A stretch of 64,000 bases of DNA. Source: an uncultured Planctomycetaceae bacterium (GTDB taxonomy: Bacteria > Planctomycetota > Planctomycetia > Planctomycetales > Planctomycetaceae). Of the stretch, positions 1-9,156 are shown piece by piece. Location: positions 1 to 64,000 of the forward strand of contig CAXBME010000033.1 in NCBI GenBank assembly GCA_963976765.1, written 5' to 3'. Made by a program: the position numbers and the translations under genes. The notes under the pieces were generated by a model, which had not been told where the DNA came from, did no database searches, and saw only the letters and a program-made list of their open reading frames with translations. The stretch's first letter is position 1. Each line of letters starts with the position of its first letter.

Positions 1-110
1 GCAAAGGAGCCGCCACCGGATTTTCAACTTTCAACACTCAGCGGGACATCATCGAACTCAAGCCACAACCACGCCATCCTTCCTCATCGATCCAGTGATC
101 AAAAAGGAAT

Positions 111-140
111 TTGACACGGGATTCACGCCAGCATCATTCT
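111..140 (+). promoter_or_regulatory. Putative sigma70-type promoter
   Basis: TTGACA at 111-116, an 18-bp spacer, then a weak -10 CATTCT at 135-140, upstream of the CDS at 237. Confidence 0.35.
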
Positions 141-236
141 GGATGTAGATAGCTTTACTGATTCATTGATCTACGCGCCGGTGCTGCCTTGAACCCACGC
201 GTCGAGACACCGCTCTCTTCGCCCAGGAGACAGGCC

Positions 237-746
237 ATGAACCTCACAACTCAGATCAGCAATGAGCTGAAACAGCTTTCCGGTTTTTCAAGTTCAACGC
301 CACGTCACATCGAAATGACCGACTCCGATGGTCTGGTCCTTGGTGTCGCGGTCGTCGCGGTTGACGCGCTGAGCTGTGCTTTCGAGTCGTTGACTCTGCA
401 CGTTCCGTCGCTCGTTGGCAACGAAAGTGGCGCGTTGCAGGCGTGGGCGGATGCGCTGTCAGGCAGGGTTACTTACCTGCTGGAGAATATCGGTCCGATC
501 GAAATCGACCAGCGAAGTAACCAGGTGCTGATTCGGTCGACACCGCCGGACCGAACCAGCACAGGGACGCAGTTCTATGAGGTTCTTTTGTCAGCCCAGA
601 CAAACGGCACTTTCCTGCTGCGTCGGTATCGTGCCGAAAGTGGTCAACCGGGAAGAAAGTCTGTCGACATTCACCTGACCCACGAAACACTTCACAAGCT
701 CGTCAGCGACCTGGTCGACACAATCCCGCAACCCGCCACCGAATAG
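237..746 (+). CDS. Hypothetical protein (169 aa)
   Basis: ATG at 237 preceded by AGGAGA. Protein-like composition, no recognisable motif. Confidence 0.75.
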   Translation: MNLTTQISNELKQLSGFSSSTPRHIEMTDSDGLVLGVAVVAVDALSCAFESLTLHVPSLVGNESGALQAWADALSGRVTYLLENIGPIEIDQRSNQVLIRSTPPDRTSTGTQFYEVLLSAQTNGTFLLRRYRAESGQPGRKSVDIHLTHETLHKLVSDLVDTIPQPATE

Positions 747-787
747 AATCGCGAATACACCGTCCGACCACGGCCACTCGCCTCAGA

Positions 788-825
788 AGATTTGAACCGG
801 AACATCAGATCTGAACCGGAACATC
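788..825. repeat. 19-bp tandem direct repeat, two copies
   Basis: AGATTTGAACCGGAACATC (788-806) then AGATCTGAACCGGAACATC (807-825), one mismatch. Confidence 0.85.
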
Positions 826-897
826 GCCGGAAGGCGCGACTCTGATTGGCCGCGCGCCCGAGATCTTAGCCACGAAGGTTGACTGCCCGTTCCTTAG

Positions 898-1959
898 CTA
901 AGAGCCAGATCCGAATAGCGATTCTGACTTCACAGCAATTGAGTCAACGTGCTCCACGAATGACTTTCCGATCGCATATCCAAGTCGGACCGGGACAGCG
1001 TTGCCGATCAATCTACCCATCGTGTGAAAAACGACCTTTTCCTTTGCGGGTAGAAACTTGTATCGACGTGGAAACGTCTGCAACATGGCCGCCTCGCGTA
1101 GCGTGATCGCGCGATCCTGAGTCGGGTGACCAAACCGCCCGTTGCCGTAACCAAAACACTGAGTAGTCATCGTGGGCGCAGGCTTGTCCCACTCCATCCT
1201 TCCGTAGACGCTCGGAAACGTTTCACCGGCTGCCGCTTGGTGGCACTTTGCCCGAAGCGAAACTGGCCAATCACGCCAAGTACCTCCCGGTTGCGATGCG
1301 CGAATTCGTTTCAAGTTGATGGGGGACAGGTTACATGCGTGGTGCATTGGATCCTTATGGTCCTGTTCACCTGCGGCCAGCGCAGGTAGCTTCGATATCG
1401 CAGCAGCAACCGTAGTTTTCCACTGACCTCGTTTGGGTTGCCGCATTTCTATGGGGCCAAGCCTGGAAGCCATTAAAACAAGCCGCTTTCGCGTTTGCGG
1501 TACTCCATAAGCACTGCATTCAACCACCGAATGCCAAACCGAATACCCGGCCAACGATTTCAAGAGTTCCCCGAAGACATCATGCCGCATGATCTGAGCA
1601 ACGTTTTCCATTGTCACTAAGTCAGGTTTCGCTTCTTCAACCAACCGAGAGAAGTGACGCACCAACTCCCATTTTTCGTCCGGCTTCGATTTGCGACTGG
1701 CTCGGCTGTAGGTTGAGAACGGCTGACACGGAGCACAGCCAGCCAGTAACGTCGTCGCGGCTTTGCCCCACAACTTGCGGATGTCGTTGCCGCACAACTC
1801 CGCAACATCTTGAGGGACGAATTCGGCAGTGTTGTTAGATTCAAATGCGAAACGGCATAGCAAATCAGTGTCAAAGCCAGCAACCACGTTGATGCCCGCT
1901 TTTTCTAGCCCATGCGTAAGACCACCAACACCACAAAACAAATCGACGCAAGAAATCAT
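898..1959 (-). CDS. DNA (cytosine-5) methyltransferase
   Basis: Motifs I (DLFCGVGG), IV (GCAPCQPFS), VI (ENV), VIII (PQTRKR), IX (REAAMLQTFP) and X (IGNAVP) are all present. Confidence 0.97.
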   Translation of the reverse strand: MISCVDLFCGVGGLTHGLEKAGINVVAGFDTDLLCRFAFESNNTAEFVPQDVAELCGNDIRKLWGKAATTLLAGCAPCQPFSTYSRASRKSKPDEKWELVRHFSRLVEEAKPDLVTMENVAQIMRHDVFGELLKSLAGYSVWHSVVECSAYGVPQTRKRLVLMASRLGPIEMRQPKRGQWKTTVAAAISKLPALAAGEQDHKDPMHHACNLSPINLKRIRASQPGGTWRDWPVSLRAKCHQAAAGETFPSVYGRMEWDKPAPTMTTQCFGYGNGRFGHPTQDRAITLREAAMLQTFPRRYKFLPAKEKVVFHTMGRLIGNAVPVRLGYAIGKSFVEHVDSIAVKSESLFGSGS

Positions 1960-2693
1960 GCCGAACCTCCCGGTAGCGGGCGGACCGTTGAATCCAAATA
2001 CATGAATCCGTCGATGTAGTTTTTAAAAGACTGAACGACTTCTCGGAGATAGTCAACGGTTCGGTTTTTTAAATCAATTAAGTCCTGAACGGTGACGTTT
2101 TCACCAGACTGCTCAAATGAAATCGATCCATGGGCCAGTTTGTTTCGAAGGTCCTTCACGTACTGAAGGGCGTTCTTGTCATTTCGAAACGGACGTTTAG
2201 CGGCGTTATAGATTGCAGCCGTGATCGTCAAGACGCACCCAACTCGTTCGCTAACGTCCTCGATTGCTCCATCGTCCCAGTTTCCTCCACCTCCTTGTTC
2301 AATGCCCCACTGTCCAATTGGGTCGCCATTGAGAATACCTTCGAAGACTTCGAATGCGCAATTGAGCCGATTGGTTGGATTCAGGTCAGTATGTGTTCGC
2401 AGGTTTGTGCGAACCCACTCCCGCCGAATGGTTGAATCGAGCTGGCCCACATTCCACAAGCCTCCGTTTGCTGTCGCTTCTGCAACCGCAGATGTGCACC
2501 ATGTCGCTGTCGCTTCGACGAGGTTGTAGAGGTGCAAGTACACCGACGAATACAGCATCCGCTGTTGGCAAGTCGTTATTGCTGAGCTACCGATCTCCGG
2601 CGGCCCAGACTGTGCATCCAACTCTACGGCCTGCAGCAAGCTGATATAGTTTTCGATTTCAGCAACTCGGTCTTCAAAAGGAGTAGTATCCAT
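1956..2693 (-). CDS. HEPN-domain protein, MAE_28990/MAE_18760-like putative RNase (245 aa)
   Basis: RxxxxH motif (LRNKLAHG), LYNLVEAT helix and GGNWD. ATG at 2693 is 1 nt after the DUF262 stop, and its own stop overlaps the MTase start (ATGA). Confidence 0.85.
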   Translation of the reverse strand: MDTTPFEDRVAEIENYISLLQAVELDAQSGPPEIGSSAITTCQQRMLYSSVYLHLYNLVEATATWCTSAVAEATANGGLWNVGQLDSTIRREWVRTNLRTHTDLNPTNRLNCAFEVFEGILNGDPIGQWGIEQGGGGNWDDGAIEDVSERVGCVLTITAAIYNAAKRPFRNDKNALQYVKDLRNKLAHGSISFEQSGENVTVQDLIDLKNRTVDYLREVVQSFKNYIDGFMYLDSTVRPLPGGSA

Positions 2694-2694
2694 G

Positions 2695-3798
2695 TCACCC
2701 TTCCAAGAGTCTGTCGCGGACAAACTCAAGACGGTCTTTCATGCGACGTTTTACGTTGGAACTTCCAGACTTGCTGTACTCCTTGAATTGATTGCCAGAG
2801 ATCCAACTACCAACATCTGGCGGATTTTTCTTCAAGCTGGGATTTTGATCAAGTGCCAAACGACTACCGACTGCGAGTGATTCAAAACGTGTGTAGTAAG
2901 TCTCGGTAGCGGTGGCAGATTTGCGAAAACCGTAAGGGAATGCTTTCTCGATGAACTTCATCGTTTCATGGAAGCGTTTCTCGAAGTCTTTGGTTCGTTT
3001 TGTGTCCTCAAGCTCTTTGTTCTTAGTTTTCGCATAGTCAAAAAGATACTCTGCCGGGCGATCGTGATAGTCTTTGAAGTCGCTCAAATACAAATCCACG
3101 TACGCGAAAAACCGAGTTACCATTTCTTCGCGTTTGCGAAGGCTCACCCCCTTCTTGGGCACTGGGGCCAGCTTGGTAAAAAGTTCGTCTTTCGCGAGCT
3201 TGATAACCAAGTCCAAGAACGGTCCTGCCAATGCGCCCCGACGGACTTCAGCCTTGTTGGCTATCTTGCTGCCCGTGTTGATGCGCTCGAAGATGTCGAA
3301 CCGTGCCTGTTCATCTGCATGCTCATTTAAGATGATCCCGCGAATGCTGCGGTTTTTAATCTTCAGTTGGCGAGACTCTGGCAAATCGCGAAACCTCAGC
3401 CCCGCCAACTCGGTGAGTTGCGTCAGTTCACCTATCACCAGATTGCTGTTGAGAAATTGCGAAATTGTTCTCAAACGCTGCGAGCCATCCACTACTTCCA
3501 GTTTCCCGTCACTCTTTTCCCAAAAGAATAGGAACGGAATGGGGAGGCCCATCAGCAGTGACTCGATAAACCGAGACTTTCTGTCGTCCTCCCACGTGTC
3601 GTCACGTTGATACGCGGGGATAACAAACTGCTTGTTACCCATCTTCATCGCCAACAACTCGACCGAGTAATCCGTTAGGTAGTATTCGATTCGCTTGGAC
3701 TGCTCGACGATCTGCGCCTCTGCTAACTTCACTTGTTCGGGAAGTTCGTCATTCTCGACAGTTTCAGCAACTGGCGGTTGGTCATCGCTGGCGGACAT
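2695..3798 (-). CDS. DUF262 (ParB/Srx-fold, GmrS-like) protein (about 367 aa)
   Basis: Motifs IPAYQRxxxW, FIESLLMGLPIP, VVDGSQRL and FERIN. Start uncertain (3798 or 3858). Confidence 0.92.
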   Translation of the reverse strand: MSASDDQPPVAETVENDELPEQVKLAEAQIVEQSKRIEYYLTDYSVELLAMKMGNKQFVIPAYQRDDTWEDDRKSRFIESLLMGLPIPFLFFWEKSDGKLEVVDGSQRLRTISQFLNSNLVIGELTQLTELAGLRFRDLPESRQLKIKNRSIRGIILNEHADEQARFDIFERINTGSKIANKAEVRRGALAGPFLDLVIKLAKDELFTKLAPVPKKGVSLRKREEMVTRFFAYVDLYLSDFKDYHDRPAEYLFDYAKTKNKELEDTKRTKDFEKRFHETMKFIEKAFPYGFRKSATATETYYTRFESLAVGSRLALDQNPSLKKNPPDVGSWISGNQFKEYSKSGSSNVKRRMKDRLEFVRDRLLEG

Positions 3799-4192
3799 AG
3801 GCACTTTTCGTATGCGGGAAGATTGATTGAGGATGAGTATTCTTGGGACCCAATCCAATTTTTAAAGTGTACCTTAATTGGCACGAAAGGACCAAATGAT
3901 CAGGTCTTTTTTTTTCTCGGCGACTCCGCAGTGCGGCGACCACAGTTAATGGTTCGAACTTCATCTTTCCGCTGCTCTCGACTCATCGTCTGGGGACTGA
4001 AGTTGTGTCATGAGCTGATGAAGGCGCACTTTGTTTGTGACTGGCTTATCGGCGCGAATGTCTTCTTCGCTGAACACGGCATTTAGTACGGAATCCACTT
4101 CCGGTTGTCGGCACGGTTGAGGGTGTATGACGCTGGTGGTCGTGGATGATGAACAGCGTGCCAGCATTTGCCGCAAAGCATGCAGGGGAGTC

Positions 4193-7100
4193 TCAGTCTT
4201 CCACGTTGACTTCGATGTAGAGCGGAAGGTGGCGGTAGTAGACTTCAAGCATCAGCAGGTTGAGGCATGTCAGGTAGTGGCGACCGCCGGCCTCGCCCCA
4301 CTTGGATTTCGTCGGAGTCTCCGGAGCCCAGCTTCCCGCCGAGCCGGCGCCTTTCTCCTGCGAGTCGACCAGCAGGTCGCGAATCTTTGCATTCCATTCC
4401 GACCAGTGTTCACCCTGCATGTGGAACATGACCTGCGTAGCGTAGTACCAGTAGTAGGTGTCACGTTCTTCCAGCCGGGGCAGGTACTGCTTCAGGTAGC
4501 TCGCTCCCGCGATGAGCGATGTGTCAGACCTGCCGGCTCCCAGATACTGCCGCATGAGCAGACCTTCGGCTGTCATCGCCAGCGAATCGCTCTGAGTCGG
4601 GTGATAAGCGAAGCGACCGGACGACGACTTGCTTTCAACCGAGTTCAACCATCGGGAAACACCATCGTAAGCAGATTTCGGAACGGCCAGACCAGCCATC
4701 TGACCACTCTTCAGGGCCATCAACTGCCAGCCTGAAACGGAAGTGTCTGATTCAAACTTTGGACGATATCGCCAGCCACCGAACTCGGGATGCTGCGCGG
4801 CGACGATGAAGTCCAGCGACCGCTGCGCCGGGTCTTTTAACGCCGGATCTTTGGTCATGCCATACGCTTCGCACAACGCGATTGCCGCCATGCCGTGACT
4901 GTAGAGCCAGACCAGTTCCGAACCTTCAACGAACAGGTCGCCGTCGGCTTTCTGGCGTTGAACGAGCCACTTCAGGCCGCGGCCGACTTCATCCTGATAC
5001 TCACCCGAGCGATGCGAATGTCCGGCTCCGAGAAACGCCAGCATCGCCAGTCCGGTCGCGGCAGTGTCTGCCTGAAAGCTCCCATGCCCGAGGCATGAGT
5101 GGTCTTTGCAGTTGAGTTCGTGAATGCTCCAGTTGCCGGCTGCAAACTGATGATCGGCGAGCCACTTCAGACCGCGTTCGACCGCCTGTTCAGAAGCATC
5201 ATTGCCGCCGAGTTTCCGCACGGCTTCGCGACGGACGTCCGGACGTCGCATCGAGAATCCTGCACTGATGGGCCCACTCTGCACAGCACCTGGCCCCGGC
5301 GTGCTCCTCTTGACCAGCCCGGCAATTTCGGAAGCAGACGCCAGGGTGGGGCGACCATCTCCTGTCAAACGAACCCGAGTTAACCCGCTGTTTCCACCGC
5401 CTGAAATCGGCAGTGACGACCGGCTTCCCCCAATTCCTGTCGAACGACTCGTGCCCGGCAACCCGGCTGTGCTTCGTCCGATCGTTGTTGTTCGAGGACC
5501 ACTCAGTCCGCCACGCTCCAGACCGATCCGGCCTGCACCGAAGCTGGCCGGAGCCTGCGGCCCAGCGATCACCAGCGCTCCCCCCTGCTCTGCCAGTTCC
5601 GATCCCGGTGCCAGTTCGGCGGCCATTATCGATCGTCCCGCCGGCAAACGGGATGTTCCTTCCGCCGAGAAGCCGGCATTGCGACCGAGTCTGGCCGTTG
5701 GCTCAGATGCTCCACCCGCCGCCAGGCCGACTGTGCCACGCCCCGATCCGGTTCCGCGAACAGACATCTCGCGGGCGGCGGACGAAGCTACACCGCCTCC
5801 GGTGCCTGCTCCTTCGGATGTCGAAAGCTCGCCGGAAATCTCACTGGTGGCGCGTTGAACCGACGACGCACTCGGGCCGGAAGCGAGCACCGCGTTACCC
5901 GATGCGCGACTGGCCCCGACCGAGGCAACGGTCACTTCGCCGGCGCGAGTTCCTCCGCCACCCTCTGGCGCCTGACGCTGCCCGGTTCGCCCAGCTCCGT
6001 TGGCCACGGGCGAGCTGACTGCTTCCCCAAGCTGCGGCTGACCAGATCCGGTCGAGCTCTGTCGCCCGATTGTTCCGGCTCCGAGCGCTGCAACTGTCGA
6101 AGTGGCACTTGCTCCAGAAACTGCACCGCCGCCGGTTTGAGCGGCTCCGACAGGAACGCTGCCCGTTGCACCGCGCGTCGCCACCGTCGAAGAAGCCGTC
6201 GCATTGAGTGTTGGCGAGCTGGCTCCGGCAACGCTGGCGACCTCGACAGACTGAGCCGCCGCTTCTGCCGAAGGCAACGCTCCCGCCGCGCTGCTGATAC
6301 TTCGCTGTTGGGTTGCCGCGCCACCGCTGGCCGGAGCCGTGTTTGCTGGCGATCGCTCTGTTGACGAAAGGCTGCCGGTTGCGGCACTGGCAACAGTGAC
6401 CGCTGCTGAAGTAGCCGGTGAGTTTTCCATTCGTCGCTGCTGTTCGGTCAGGCTGTTCTCAGACTGCCGCTGCACTTCTATTTCCCGTTCACGAGCTGTC
6501 GCCTGCGCCGAATCCGCCGTCGCGACTTCCACCGGGTTCGCCGCAGCAACTTCGACGGCCTGTGCAGCGATTGCCTGTCGCGCGGCAGTTGCAACGTTCC
6601 GCTGTTCAGGAGTCATTTCCGCTCGCTGAGACTCGACCCGCTGGGCTCTCACTCGTGGATCGGATTGAGTTTCGACTTCCGTCCGCTCCCGTTCGGAATT
6701 CTGCACGCTGCTTTCGGCTCGTTGAGCTTCGGCGCGAGCCTGCAGTTCGGCCTCCGCTGCTGCCTGCGTCGTTACTTCCGGAGCAGATTCGGCCTGCGCG
6801 GCGGCCTGTTGCGCGGCGGCCTGCCGCTGCATTTCGGCAGCCATTTCGCGTTGCCGAACGTCGACTTCCTGACGCTGCATTTGTTCGGCGCGATCGATCT
6901 TCTGCTGCCGCTCAACTTCCGCCCGCTCCTGCTCGTTCGAAACTTCCACTGCGTTGACCTGTCGCTGCACCTCTTCCATGCGAGCTTCGGTCACGGCGTT
7001 TTCGGTCGTTGCTTCCCATTCCGGAGTCTGTGCGTCCGTTGCTTCCATACCTCCGTAATCCGGCAACGAAACTTCGGACAGCGACGAAGCTTCACCCTCT

Positions 7101-7468
7101 TCTGCCTCGGCGACGTTGACCAGCGGAAAGTTGGCGTGCAGCTTCTGAAAAACGACGCACAGGATCAGGTGCAGCAGCAGGCTGATGACAACCGTCGTTT
7201 GAAGCCGCTTCATGACGACGTTGCGGGCCAGCCACCAGGCGGCCAGCATCATCAGCCCAAGCGTCACGGCCCAGCCAACCTGCCCGGCGGTGCTGCCCGC
7301 TCCTGGCAGGACAGGCACTGGCTCGCCCATTGCCTGTCGCGAAGCCATGCCAAGAAACGCCAGCACCGTCGCGAGTGTCGCCATGCTGACGGCACCGTAC
7401 GCGCGGAAGCCCTGACCGGCGACATGTTTCGCCAGCTCTTGTTCGGACATCCGCAGAAGGCTTGCCAC
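4193..7468 (-). CDS. Membrane-anchored protein with long low-complexity spacer and C-terminal prenyltransferase/squalene-oxidase-repeat (alpha/alpha)6 barrel
   Basis: N-terminal TM helices (ISLLLHLILC), an E/Q/A/R coiled region, then a G/S/A-rich region. The C-terminus has QW-like repeats (GLKWLADHQ, GLKWLVQRQ, GGWRY, YYWYYATQ, LEVYYR). GTG start at 7468 with GGAG RBS. Confidence 0.85.
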   Translation of the reverse strand: MASLLRMSEQELAKHVAGQGFRAYGAVSMATLATVLAFLGMASRQAMGEPVPVLPGAGSTAGQVGWAVTLGLMMLAAWWLARNVVMKRLQTTVVISLLLHLILCVVFQKLHANFPLVNVAEAEEGEASSLSEVSLPDYGGMEATDAQTPEWEATTENAVTEARMEEVQRQVNAVEVSNEQERAEVERQQKIDRAEQMQRQEVDVRQREMAAEMQRQAAAQQAAAQAESAPEVTTQAAAEAELQARAEAQRAESSVQNSERERTEVETQSDPRVRAQRVESQRAEMTPEQRNVATAARQAIAAQAVEVAAANPVEVATADSAQATAREREIEVQRQSENSLTEQQRRMENSPATSAAVTVASAATGSLSSTERSPANTAPASGGAATQQRSISSAAGALPSAEAAAQSVEVASVAGASSPTLNATASSTVATRGATGSVPVGAAQTGGGAVSGASATSTVAALGAGTIGRQSSTGSGQPQLGEAVSSPVANGAGRTGQRQAPEGGGGTRAGEVTVASVGASRASGNAVLASGPSASSVQRATSEISGELSTSEGAGTGGGVASSAAREMSVRGTGSGRGTVGLAAGGASEPTARLGRNAGFSAEGTSRLPAGRSIMAAELAPGSELAEQGGALVIAGPQAPASFGAGRIGLERGGLSGPRTTTIGRSTAGLPGTSRSTGIGGSRSSLPISGGGNSGLTRVRLTGDGRPTLASASEIAGLVKRSTPGPGAVQSGPISAGFSMRRPDVRREAVRKLGGNDASEQAVERGLKWLADHQFAAGNWSIHELNCKDHSCLGHGSFQADTAATGLAMLAFLGAGHSHRSGEYQDEVGRGLKWLVQRQKADGDLFVEGSELVWLYSHGMAAIALCEAYGMTKDPALKDPAQRSLDFIVAAQHPEFGGWRYRPKFESDTSVSGWQLMALKSGQMAGLAVPKSAYDGVSRWLNSVESKSSSGRFAYHPTQSDSLAMTAEGLLMRQYLGAGRSDTSLIAGASYLKQYLPRLEERDTYYWYYATQVMFHMQGEHWSEWNAKIRDLLVDSQEKGAGSAGSWAPETPTKSKWGEAGGRHYLTCLNLLMLEVYYRHLPLYIEVNVED

Positions 7469-7497
7469 TGAAATTCTCCATGCTGCCCGGTGAGCAG

Positions 7498-7947
7498 CTA
7501 ATTTCCTGATGCCGCTTCGTCTTCCGGCACCACGGCCACTCGGTAGTCGCTGATCTGAGCCTGGTTGCAAAGGCTCATCACGCGAGCGATGTATTTCCAG
7601 TCGGCAGATTCGTCTCCGCGAATGACTACTGACTGGTTCCCTGGATTGTCGACCTGCGAACGCCTCAGCAGAGTGCCTAACTGAGGCTCAGACTGACGTT
7701 CCCCGCTGACGAAGAACTGTCCCTGGCTGTCGATATTGACGATCAGCTCGCGCGGTCGCATGACCATTGGCATCGCCGCCGCTGCTTCAGGAAGGTTGGC
7801 GTCCAGTTCGCCTTCGCCGGTCATGCGTGCCTGCTCTTCGAAATGGCTGGCCACCAGAAAAAACAGCAACAACTGAAAGACGCAGTCGATCATCGGCGTC
7901 ATATCCAGACGCCGTTTGTCGTCGGTTTTCTTCTGTTGAAACTGCAT
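7498..7947 (-). CDS. exbD: Biopolymer transporter ExbD/TolR
   Basis: LDMTPMIDCVFQLLLFFLV TM motif with the conserved Asp, and VVIRGD. Confidence 0.93.
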   Translation of the reverse strand: MQFQQKKTDDKRRLDMTPMIDCVFQLLLFFLVASHFEEQARMTGEGELDANLPEAAAAMPMVMRPRELIVNIDSQGQFFVSGERQSEPQLGTLLRRSQVDNPGNQSVVIRGDESADWKYIARVMSLCNQAQISDYRVAVVPEDEAASGN

Positions 7948-8097
7948 GAGTCTGGTCCGAAATCAGTTTTCGCAGGTCAAGCTCTGCCTGACGACGTTTG
8001 TTGTTTTGAATTGTTGAGGTTGAGATTGACGTTTCGTTTTGAAGCTGGCTCTTCGTTTGATTCTGCAATCAACGAACTCCGTCAGGCAGAATCTGAC

Positions 8098-9156
8098 CTA
8101 CGAGTTTTCTGGCTCGCCCATTACGCCCCACAAACTGCGAGGCCGGGCGCCGGCGCTGACCGGTTCGTCTCCCGAGCCGAATTGAGTCTCACTCCCGGTC
8201 TTCGCTGGCGTCTTTCGGGCAAGACTCTTCAGCAGGACTCCCGAATCGCCGGATTCGTCGCTCTGAGTTCTCGCAACTCTGAGTTTTCCTTCGTAGCGTT
8301 CGAACTGCGGAATCAGGTCGAGAAACAACTCTTCCATCGAGCGGAGGATTCGATCAAGTCGACCTTCCAGAAAATTCGCCAGCAGAACGGCAACCACCGC
8401 CACGACCAGACCGGCAAAGGTCGTCACCAGCGCGGTGTAAATTCCGTGAGCAAGTTCCTGCGCCTTCGCTGAACCGGTCGAGGTCGTCGAGCTGATAACC
8501 ATGAAAGCTTGAATCATCCCCTGCACGGTCCCGATCAGCCCCAGTAGAGGAGCGATTGTGGCCACAACGTTGATCGGTCGAAAGTTTCGGGACATGTCAG
8601 CGGACTCACGAGCAACCGCGTCTTCAACCGACTTCTCCAGCTCAGCGTGAGGCCGGCCAACTTTCAGCACCGCTGCCTGAACAGCATTCGCCAGCGGCGA
8701 TGGATGTCTCTTACAAATGCCGTACGCTTCTCGCGGATCGATGCCGTTTCCTGCGTTGAGTTTTCGCAGGTCGACCAGAAGTTCCGAAGGCATCACCTTG
8801 CTGAGTCGCAGGCCGATGATCCGTTCCAGCGTGAAGGCGACGACGACGATCGAGGCCAGCCCGATCGGAATCATGAACAGCCCCCCCTGGACCGCCAGAT
8901 CCCACAACGATGGCATCGCCGTACCGGCACCCGCTTCAACAACTGCTGGTTCGGACTGCGCAGCACCGTCCTGAGCCTGACCCAGCAGCGGCATCAGCGC
9001 AAACATCAAGCCAGACGCCAGTACCAGCAGGCGAAGGCGGTTTCGCGACGTCTTGTCTGAATCAATCAATGACATTCTGTCTCTCGTTTCCAAGCCGTTG
9101 TCAGTGGGTGACTCAACCAGAATGGCTGGGCCACCCTTCTCATATTCGTATTTCAT
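8098..9156 (-). CDS. exbB: MotA/TolQ/ExbB proton channel protein
   Basis: IAPLLGLIGTVQGMI and GIYTALVTTFAGLVVA motifs. ATGA overlap with the TPR gene stop. Confidence 0.93.
   Translation of the reverse strand: MKYEYEKGGPAILVESPTDNGLETRDRMSLIDSDKTSRNRLRLLVLASGLMFALMPLLGQAQDGAAQSEPAVVEAGAGTAMPSLWDLAVQGGLFMIPIGLASIVVVAFTLERIIGLRLSKVMPSELLVDLRKLNAGNGIDPREAYGICKRHPSPLANAVQAAVLKVGRPHAELEKSVEDAVARESADMSRNFRPINVVATIAPLLGLIGTVQGMIQAFMVISSTTSTGSAKAQELAHGIYTALVTTFAGLVVAVVAVLLANFLEGRLDRILRSMEELFLDLIPQFERYEGKLRVARTQSDESGDSGVLLKSLARKTPAKTGSETQFGSGDEPVSAGARPRSLWGVMGEPENS

Noticed and set aside
4193..5300. Squalene-hopene cyclase call for the barrel domain
   Set aside because: It has a single barrel, no DxDD protonation motif, a periplasmic-type topology and an ExbBD context.
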